Assembly: GCF_963921235.1 (NCBI RefSeq) | Contig: NC_086097.1 | Span: forward strand, 181,538,001 to 181,602,000 | DNA length: 64,000 nucleotides | DNA from: Mobula hypostoma | Lineage: Eukaryota | Direction: 5' to 3' | Shown: positions 27,201 through 38,300 of the stretch, one piece after another | Position numbering within the stretch: the first letter of the stretch is position 1 | How the letters are laid out: every line of letters begins with the position of its first letter | Position numbers and translations under genes: made by a program | Notes under the pieces: generated by a model | Seen by the model: the letters and a program-made list of their open reading frames with translations, nothing else | Told to the model about the DNA's origin: nothing | Database searches by the model: none

Positions 27201-30200
27201 TATAGATTTCTGTCAGGTTGCCTCTCAGCTTCCGACACTCCAGAGAAAACAGACCACGTTTGTCCTGCTGATTCTTATAGCTAATACTCTTGTGATGTGA
27301 TCCTGAATTATCCTTTATGGACTGTGCCTTTAAAAAGAGAGAGAAGGTGCAGCTGTACAGCACAAACAGCTTGTTACCGAGAGAGAGAGGGGCGAAGACT
27401 GCTCACAGTCTGTTTGGGATTTCTGCAAGGACACTGCCAGCTTCTGAGTTCCTACAGAGAGAAGGGAGGAGCTACGTGATGGACAGCTGGTGTTCAGCAT
27501 GCAGAGATAAATCCAAGGTCAGCTGGTTGTTAGACACACACATGGTTTTGGACACTGGATAAGCTTTGTTGTATACCTGCAGAAAAGCGGGTTTCTGGAG
27601 GATCGATCAGGAGAGTCGATCAGTGGCTCTCGCAGTGTGAGAAAAGGGTGACGGGTAAGAAGTTGTTAGTGTTTCCAACCCTAGCCTGGGTTGATAACTC
27701 CACTACAGAAGACTGTCCCCTTGTGGTCACATTTGGTGACTTCCAAAGGATTTCAGAGGACAACGAAGAATCAGTGGCATCAACTTACCTGAAGAACTAA
27801 ATCAACCCCTCTCCTCCCCCCCCACTCCCTCCAACACTACCCAACTCAATAATCCGAACTGAACTTTACCCATCATCGTATGACTGTATCCATTTACCTC
27901 CTAAGCTTGAAGAAGGTTGGCTTTTATATATTTCCACACTTGTATATAATCTTTCCTAACCTGTTTGATATATCTAAATTTATATTACTGTATTGCATAG
28001 TTACTAATAAACGAGCTGTAGTAAATAGCAATACCAGACTCCAAGGTGCTTTCCATTTCTGCTGGTTCTTTAACCTGTTACGGGGTACGTAACACTCTGT
28101 AATCCAGTCAGTATTCTGATTAGCCTCCTGTAGATGCTTTCCAAAGCCTCCGCATCCTTACTACAATGCTCCGAAGGGCCCTGCTGTTTACTTTGTTCTT
28201 TCCTCTTGCATTGGATCTACAAAATTCTTTCCTATCCAGTCCTCTATGCTCTCTCCTTTGGCAGAAGAGTGTTCAAAGATCTCTGTCAAGGCACCAGCAA
28301 TTCCCTCTCTTGTCTTTCTCAATAACCAGTGTTCTACCCCATCAGATCTTGTGGACTTATTCATCCTAATGTTCTTCAAGAGACCCAACAGCACCTCTTT
28401 GATAACAAACATGTCAGAAAATATCATTATACCAGTCCCTGATCTCTTTAGTATCCTTCTCTTTAGTAACTAACAGTGCAAAAAAAACTCATTTAGTACC
28501 TTGCTTACTTCTTTAGCTTCCAAGTATATACTCCCTCCTTTGTAGTTCATTGGTCCTAGCGCTCTTGTTTTAATGTATAAAAAGCCTTGGTATTCTCTTT
28601 AATCCTACTCTGCAAAGGTAATTTTTAGCCCCTATTAACCCCCCCCTCCCCACCATATGAGTTCTTTCTTGTTCTTCAGTGAACCTGTCTGATTTCAGCT
28701 TTCTGTCTAGAGCTTGACCCCAAAACCTCTTGGAGGAATATTTTAAAAAAATCTCTCCCAACCAGTCTGATGTTAGGTACTGCACTTTGGGAGATTAATT
28801 GTAAAGGGGCATGACACTGTTCACAGCAAGGTCTTCAAACAGTGTTGATGTACAGAGTCCATATCTCCTTGAAAGTGGCTACACAGGTTGATACGGTGGT
28901 AGAGAAGGCATATGGTATGCGTGCCTTTATTAGTTCAGCCACTCAGTTTGAGTTGGGATGCTTTGTTGCAGCCTTGTATAACTCTCGTTATGCCCCAACT
29001 GGAGTATTGCAATCATTTCTGGTCACCCCATCATAGCAAAGATATGGAGCTTTGCAGGGAGTCCTGAAGAGGTTTATCAGGATGTTGGTTGCATTAGCGA
29101 GCATGTACTAAAAGGAGAGGTTGGACAAACTTGGGTTGCTTTCTCTGGAGTGGCAGAGGCTGAGAGGAGACGTGATAGAGGTTGATAAGATTAGGAGAGG
29201 CATGGATAATCAGTATAATTTTACTCGTGTTGAAATGCCTAATGCTAAAAGGTATGCATTTAGGGTGAGCGGGTACAAGTTCAAAGGAAATCTGTGGGTT
29301 ACGTTTTTTTACACAATGGTAGGTGCCTGAAATGCACTGCCAGGGGTGGTACTGGAGATGGATATGACAGAGGCATTTAAGGGGCTCTGAGATTGGCGCA
29401 TGTATGTGCAAAGAGTGGACGAATATGGACAGAAGGGATTAGTTTAATTATTGTGGGCCGAAGAGCCTGCTCCTATACGGTTCCATGCTCTGTTTTGGTG
29501 CTGGCTCTGAATTTAATAACTGCTCTTTATTTCCAGAGATGAACACCCTGATCTTCTTGCTGAACGCAAAAAGTCAGATATTCCAGAAAAGCCAAAAACG
29601 CCACAGCAGCTGTGGTATAATCATGAGAAGAAGGCTTTCCTTAAAGTCCATCCTGAGGTAAAGATGGTCAATGGGTTGGGATTGTGGCCTAAACAGAAAT
29701 GTCCTTGGAAAGTGGCTTCATGGTCACATTTATATGTTTCCCTTTAGTGGTATTTTGGGCCCTGGATGGAAACCCTGTTGAATTGGATTGGAGTGGTGTG
29801 TGTAGGCAGTGTTAACCCAATTGGAACTGCTTCACAGTCTGGCACTTTTCATGCAGGCCTGTCTTGCATGATATGAAGTCATAACCCCTATGATTCCAAC
29901 CATGGTCAGAGAAATTGGTTATCTCAACTGATCCTTTTGCATTCATTCCCATCCACCCCCACGCCCCTCACCTTGCTTATTCTTGCCTATTTCCTTCACC
30001 TTCCATTCCTGGCAAACTTCTCCCTATCTAAGCCACTTCCTGGTCTCTCTCTTTATCTTTCCTTTCTTCCCCTCCGTTGTTCTCACTGTAACCCTCTCCC
30101 GGCTCAGGCAATGCTCTGGATTAGTGATGTTTCTTTCAAACTGGAAGAGCTAGAGGTAACAGTGATGGGGGCATGTGTGGTGGATGGGTTAAGAGGAAAG

Positions 30201-33200
30201 GGAATGCATGTGATAGGGTGGTGTTTTGGAGAGGCTCAGTGGAGAAGGGCATTGAAGATGCAGGGAAAATCAGTATATTTCTGGTCAGAATATTGCAAGA
30301 AAGATGTAATAGTGCAGGAAAAGGTGCAAGGAGAACATAGAGTAGTACAAGCCCTTCGGCGCATGATGTTGTGCTGACCTTTTAATCTACTCTAAAATCA
30401 ATCTAATCTTTCCCTCCCACATAGCCTTACATTTTTCTTTTATCCATGTGCCACATTCCATGGGCCAACTACCCTATGTTTTATATTTTTTAAAAAACTA
30501 CCTCTGACATCCTCCCTGTACATTCATCCAATCGCCTTGAAACGGTGCCCCCTTGTATTAACCATTTCTACCCTGGGAAAATGTCTGGATGTTGCCAAAT
30601 GTGAAGAATATTAGCCACGAGGGAGACTGCTTGGCCTGGATTGCTCTCCTGGAATAGAGGAGATTGTTTACAATTATGTGAGACTGAGAAGTGAAAACTG
30701 GGCTTGAGCTACTTCCTTGGTGTTGTTTTCAATGATGGGGGGGGGCAGCGGGGACATAAAGCTGGGGAAATGTTTTCTCCAAAGTGAGGTGGTGTAGGAG
30801 AAAACCGCAGTAGATGTACATAATGCTACGACAAAGACATGAAAAGATTTGGCCTACAGGCCATGAAGAGAATTCCCTTTAAGCCAACATGGGGCAGGAT
30901 TTTAATTCCCATTATTTGATGACTCTGCGGAAGACTCCTAGATCACGTGTGTGAGAATTTACAATGAATGGACTGTTTGTTTCCATCTGCAGGTAAGTCC
31001 AAAGGAGCTGAAGGACGCCTTGCGCAGGCAGTGGTCTCAGCTGGCCGACAAGAAACGTCTCAAGTGGATCAGTAAAGCCCTGGAGTTGCAGAAAGAATAC
31101 GAGGCAAGCAATGGGTGGTGACCACACCAAAAACAGACAATGGTGCCAAGGGAGGACTGGTACTGTGGGAGGGCCGTATTGTTATGAAACATAGAAACAT
31201 AGAAAATAGGTGCAGGAGTAGGCCATTCGGCCCTTCGAGCCTGCACCGCCATTTATTATGATCATGGCTGATCATCCAACTCAGAACCCTGCACCAGCCT
31301 TCCCTCCATACCCCCTGATCCCCCTAGCCACAAGGGCCATATCTAACTCCCTCTTAAATATAGCCAATGAACTGGCCTCAACTGTTTCCTGTGGCAGAGA
31401 ATTCCACAGATTCACCACGCTCTGTGTGAAGAAGTTTTTCCTAATCTCAGTCCTAAAAGGCTTCCCCATTATTCTCAAACTGTGACCCCTCATTCTGGAC
31501 TTCCCCAACATCGGGAACAATCTTCCTGCATCTAGCCTGTCCAATCCCTTTAGAATTTTATACGTTTCAATCAGATCCCCCCTCAATCTTCTAAATTCCA
31601 ATGAGTACAAGCCTAGTTCATCCAGTCTTTCTTCATATGAAAGTCCTGCCATCCCAGGAATCAATCTGGTGAACCTTCTTTGTACTCCCTGTATGGCAAG
31701 GATGTCTTTCCTCAGATTAGGGGACCAAAACTGCACACAATACTCCAGGTGTGGTCTCACCAAGGCCTTGTACAACTGCAGTAGTACTTCCCTGCTCCTG
31801 TACGCGAATCCTCTTACTATAAATGCCAGCATACCATTCGCCTTTTTCACCGCCTGCTGTACCTGCATGCCCACTTTCAATGACTGGTGTACGATGACAC
31901 CCAGGTCTCGTTGCACCTCCCCTTTTCCTAATCGGCCACCATTCAGATAATAATCTGTTTTCCTATTTTTGCCACCAAAATGGATAACTTCACATTTATC
32001 CACATTAAATTGCATCTGCCATGAATTTGCCCACTCACCCAACCTATCCAAGTCACCCTGCATCCTCTTAGCATCCTCCTCACAGCTAACACTGCCGCCC
32101 AGCTTCGTGTCATCCACAAACTTGGAGATGCTGCATTTAATTCCCTCATCCAAGTCATTAATATATATTGTAAACAACTGGGGTCCCAGCACTGAGCCTT
32201 GCGGTACCCCACTAGTCACTGCCTGCCATTCTGAAAAGGTCCTGTTTATTCCCACTCTTTGCTTTCTGTCTGCTAACCAATTCTCTATCCACATCAATAC
32301 CGTGTGCTTTAAGTTTGCACACTAATCTCCTGTGTGGGACCTTGTCAAAAGCCTTTTGAAAATCCAAATATACCACATCCACTGGTTCTCCCCTATCCAC
32401 TCTACTAGTTACATCCTCAAAAAATTCTATGAGATTCGTCAGACATGATTTTCCTTTCACAAATCCATGCTGACTTTGTCCGATGATTTCACCGCTTTCC
32501 AAATGCGCTGTTATCACATCTTTGATAACTGACTCCAGCAGTTTCCCCACCACTGACATTAGGCTAACCGGTCTATAATTCCCCGGTTTCTCTCTCCCTC
32601 CTTTTTTAAAAAGTGGGGTTACATTAGCCGCCCTCCAATCTTCAGGAACTAGTCCAGAATCTAACGAGTTTTGAAAAATTATCTCTAATGCATCCACTAT
32701 TTCTTGGGCTACTTCCTTAAGCACTGTGGGATGCAGACCATCTGGCCCTGGGGATTTATCTGCCTTTAATCCCTTCAATTTACCTAACACCACTTCCCTA
32801 CTAACATGTATTTCGCTCAGTTCCTCCATCTCACTGGACCCTCTGTCCCCTACTATTTCTGGAAGATTATTTATGTCCTCCTTAGTGAAGACAGAACCAA
32901 AGTAATTATTCAATTAGTCTGCCATGTCCTTGCTCCCCATAATCAATTCACCTGTTTCTGTCTGTAGGGGACCTACATTTGTCTTTACCAGTCTTTTCCT
33001 TTTTACATATCTATAAAAGCTTTCACAGTCAGTTTTTATGTTCCCTGCCAGTTTTCTCTCATAATCTTTTTTCCCCCTTCCTAATTAAGGCCTTTGTCCT
33101 CCTCTGCTGAACTCTGAATTTCTCCCAGTCCTCAGGTGAGCCACTTTTTCTGGCTAATTTGTATGCTTCTTCTTTGGAATTGATACTATCCCTAATTTCT

Positions 33201-35295
33201 CTTGTCAGCCACGGGTGCACTACCTTCCTTGATTTATTCTTTTGCCAAACTAGGATGAACAATTGTTGTAGTTCATCCATGCAATCTTTAAATGCTTGCC
33301 ATTGCATATCCACCGTCAATCCTTTAAGTGTCATTTGCCAGTCTATCTTAGCTAATTCACGTCTCATACTTTCAAAGTTACCCCTCTTTAAGTTCAGAAC
33401 CTTTGTTTCTGAATTAACTATCTCACTCTCCATATTAATGAAGAATTCCACCATATTATGGTCACTCTTACCCAAGGGGCCTCTCACGACAAGATTGCTA
33501 ATTAACCCTTCTTCATTGCTCAAAACCCAGTCTAGAATAGCCTGCTCTCTAGTTGGTTCCTCGACATGTTGGTTCAAAAAACCATCCCGCATACATTCCA
33601 AGAAATCCTCTTCCTCAGCACCTTCACCAAGTTGGTTCACCCAATCTACATGTAGATTGAAGTCACCCATTATAACTACGGTCAATCATTCAGTTTAAGT
33701 AAAAAAACCAGTGTCCCACTTCACTCTCCAGTAGATATAAAGGTCACAGAAGATCATTTGAATAAGAGCAGTGGAGATGTCACAAAATCCTGACATACGT
33801 TTACCCTTGGCAAAGGCAGGTCATATTAAAACCAGGAAATGCTAGAGTTGCTTAACAGCTTGGGCAAAGAGAAGCATTCTGGCCTGTAATCTTTCAGCAT
33901 GACTGACAGAAGTTTGAGATTTAACAGTGGAATCTAAAACTGATCATCCAGTCATTATCAGTGTGGGATCTTGGTGTGCATAATTTCAATATCAGGTTAC
34001 CTAATTACAGTATTGGCTGAATGCACTTTGGGTGATGCTGGGTTGTGAAAAGAGCAGAGGATTTCAAGTGTCGTCTGTGATATCTTTTGCTGTCATTTTG
34101 CAGGCTGCAATGAGGGCTTACATTGAGGCTCACCCTGATCTCACCTTCGAGGAACCCACCAAGTCTGTTCTCACCAAAGCTGAGCGACAGTTGAAGGATA
34201 AATTTGATGGACGGCCGACGAAGCCACCACCGTGAGTGTGCAGTGGATGGGTGGTGACATTGAGAGGGTCCCTGTCCACCCTTCCCTGGGACACCAGTCT
34301 TTTCCGAGGCCGTGTTTCTGACCAACCCTGATAGAGGCGTTCTGCAGTTTGACTGTTGCAGGCAGCACTGCCAAGAAACAACGTTAAATGGAGGAGCAGG
34401 CTTAAGGGCTGAGCTGTCTGCTTCTGCTTCTGAGATTTCTTCTGTAATTGTATGAATGTGTTTGTGTGTGTGTAAGCCAGGTCCTGCCCTGCTCAATCCC
34501 CACCTCTAAAAGGAGGTAGTAGATGGCTCTGGGGAATAGTTTTGTCAATTTCTACTCTAACCTGAATTACTGAGACAGTTGGCCAGCATAGGCCAATGTC
34601 AGAACCACCTGCACAGTTGCTGCTGTCACTGAATGCAGAATAAAGCTCCCTCTACACCACCCAGTCACCATCTCCAACACTTGAGTTTAACAATCAACAC
34701 TCAATCTTCAGAAACTTAAGTTGTGTATCCTGTGACAAGTGTAAACTATGATCCTGGCTACAGCTGCCTAAATTTGAATCGTAAATCTTGCAAGTTTATT
34801 GATATCTAATCTAATCTAATCTAATCATCAATAACCTCTTTGTGTGTGTTATTGGCAAAAATAAATCAAGGGGGCATTGTTGAGCATGTGTGAGAGAGAT
34901 ATGGTGCAGGGAAGTCAGTAGAGGGGCAGTGGGACTGTTGGGATTACTTCACTGGATGCCAAAATTGACATAATGGACCAAACATTACACAAGAAAATGG
35001 GAGCAGGCCATTCAGCCCCTCATTCAATATTTTTGTTGCCTCCATTCCTGTTCTTCAAAGAACCCCATAGCACACTTCCCTAATCTTTCAAAAATATATC
35101 TGCTGTGGGCCGGCTGGTGGCACAATGACATGGGCACTGGACCCGGGAGTGGAGGTTCCCAGGTTCGAAACCAGTTGGGTCCGCTCCCGAGTACGCTTTC
35201 CATCCATACTGGGCTGAGTGCCGAGATCGCAACTCGACCTCGTAAAATAAAGGGAAAAATACTGTGAAAAGTCTGTGTGAGGAGTGGTGCGCCAC

Positions 35296-35330
<35 letters not shown>

Positions 35331-38300
35331 CCGCGCCTTATAAAGGCATGAAAAAGACATCATCACGGATGCACGCACACGCATGTACGCACATGCATAG
35401 ACTCGCACGCACGCAGGCACACACCGAAACAAAAGCAAAATATATCTGCCTCCAGTTTAACTACCTTCAAGTTTAAGTTTAATTCTCACATTAGCCAAAT
35501 GAAACAGTGTTAATCCGGGGCAAAGGTGCAAAACACAGTTCGAACAGTCATACACAGCACAAGGCACATTTAAAATAACAATAAAATACAGTCACACAAA
35601 AAAGAATCGTCCAAGACCCATAGTCCATGAATGTCGTGGCAGACTGCAGTCAAACACAATGTGGCTTATCTTCTGTCGAGCGAACACGGGGGGCCAACTG
35701 ACTCCAGCATGGACGCCACACCACACCACACCACACCACACCACCCCCCCATACCCCGGTGGAGCACACCAACTCCAACACCTCTCTTCTGGGCAGCATA
35801 AATAGGCAACTCCGTCGCTTGAGGCCTAGTCCTTGCTCTGACTGAGGCCACACAGGTCCCCATCGCCCGCCAATAAAGCAGTGAATTGGACTTGCAGCCT
35901 TCCACATTGACAATATCCAACGCGGTCTCGCGATCACAAGGTAAGAGACTAAGATGATCACTCGCTGTTAGTCTGTATGCTGCCTTCGCACACTGACACG
36001 TCTAACGCAGGCAGCAGCACGATCCGCACCAAATTCAGTTCCTTCAGTTTCTCTTCCAATGAGCAACTTGATGGGGTGGTTCTGCGATAGTTTTAGTGTC
36101 CAGCAGGGTTTTGCAATCGTTAAAAATACTTTTTAAAAGGACAGTAACACCTTTGGTTGGCCCCATAGAAACCACTGCATCTGAGTGCGCCACCATCTTA
36201 CCTGTAATGATGTGGCCTGCAAAACACTCTGGGATGGAGAAATCCAAAGATTCACACTCTCTGCAAGAAGAGATTTTTTACATATCATAATTTTAAATGA
36301 CTGGTCCCTTGTGCCTCCTCATTCAAGGATCTCCCTGAGTTCAAGACTCTGGCTTCCTTCTGTGTGCTTCAGGCATGAAGATTTCTCCCAAACCAACCTG
36401 GTCAGGTTCAAGTCATTCTCCCCTGCTGAATCAACTGCCATTACCCTGCTATCTCTCCTAGGCAATTCCCAATAGCCCACTGTTGGTCTGATCTGTTCCT
36501 GCTGCCCTGCGGTCAGTCCGGTGTACCCCTTCGTCTATCCCTGTTGCCCCAGGCTGAAGATCTAAAGTTTTTTTTTAATTTCAGGAATGGCTACTCTTTA
36601 TACTGTGCAGAACTGATGGTTAACATGAAAGATGTCCCCAGCACTGAACGTATGGTGCTGTGCAGCAAGCAGTGGAAAGTTATGTCACAAAAGGAGAAGG
36701 ACATGTACCAGAAACGGTGTGAGCAGGTGAGGTAGCTGGTCAGGGCTTGAGACACAGCACCAGTTCCTCCAGCACTAACACTGGCCGGTCCCCAGAGAGT
36801 GTTGTAGAACAAAAGCACTTTGGAGTTCAGATACATGTTTCCCTGAAAGTGGAGTCACAGACAGGGTAGTGACGTTGGCATGCTGGCCTTCATCAGTAAG
36901 GGCATTAAGTAGGAGACTGAGAGGTAATTTTATAGCAACACACATCAAAGTTGCTGGTGAACGCAGCAGGCCAGGCAGCATCTCGAGGAAGAGGTACAGT
37001 CGACGTCAGTCCTGACGAAGGGTCTCGGCCTGAAACGCCGACTGTACCTCTTCCTAGAGATGCTGCCTGGCCTGCTGCGTTCACCAGCAACTTTGATGTG
37101 TGTTGCCTGAATTTCCAGCATCTGCAGAATTCCTGTTGTTTGCAGTAATCTTATAGAGTGTGTTTTGTGAAATCATGGGGGCATAGTTAGAGTGAAAAAG
37201 ACCATAAGGTATAGGAGCAGACGATTCAATCATTGGCTGATCCAATTCTTCCAGTCATCCCCACTCCCCTGCCTTCTCCCCACTCCCTTTGATGCCCTGG
37301 CTAATCAAGAACCTATCTGTCTTTGCCTCAAATGCACCCAACAACCTGGCCTCCACAGCTGCTCATAGCAACAAATTCCACAGATTTACCAGCCTCTGAC
37401 TAAAGTAATTTCTCCGCATTTCTGTTCTAAATGGACTTCCTTCAATCCTGAAGTTGTGCCCTCTTGTCCTAGACCCCCCCCCCACCATGGGAAATAACTT
37501 TGCCATATTTAATCTGTCCAGGCCTTTTAACATTTGAAATATTTCTGTGAGATCCTTCCTCATTCTCCTGAACTCCAGGGAATACAACCCAAGAGTTGCC
37601 AGATATTCCTCATACAGTAACCCTTCCTGGAATCATTCTCATGAATCTTCTCTGAACCCTCTCCAATGTCAGTATATCCTTTCTAAAATAAGGAGCCCAA
37701 AACTGCACACAATACTCCAAATGTGGTCTCACAAGTGCCTTATAGAGCCTTAACATCACATCCCTGCTCTTATATTCTATACTTCTAGAAATGAATATCA
37801 ACATTGCTTTCGCCGCCTTCACCACCGACTCAACCTGGAGGTTAACCTTTAGGGTATCCTGCACAAGGACTCCCAAGTCCCTTTGCAAATCTGCATTTTG
37901 AATTTTCTCCCTATCTAAATAATAGTCTGCCAGTTTATTTCTCCCACCAAAGTGCATGACCATACACTTTCCAACATTGTATTTCATTTTCCACTTCTTT
38001 GCCCATTCCCCTAAATTATCCAAGTCTCTCTGCAGGCTCTCTGTTTTCTCAACACTACCTGCTCCTCCACCTATCTTTCTATCTTCAGCAAATTTAGCTA
38101 CAAATCCATTAATCCACAGTCCAAATCATTGACATACATTGTAAAACGCAACGGTCCCAACACCGACTCCTGTGGAACTCCACTGGTAACTGGCAACCAG
38201 CCAGAATAGGATCCATTTATTCCCAATCAGCCAATGCTCCACCCATGCTAGTAACTTCCCTGTAATTCTTCCTAAGCAGCGTCATGTGCTGCACCTTGTC

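Noticed and set aside
31104..31125. GT donors a few bases downstream of exon 8 (after +11 and +14 nt)
   Set aside because: Both are out of frame with exon 9 and poor matches to consensus. The GC site preserves the 111-nt length.
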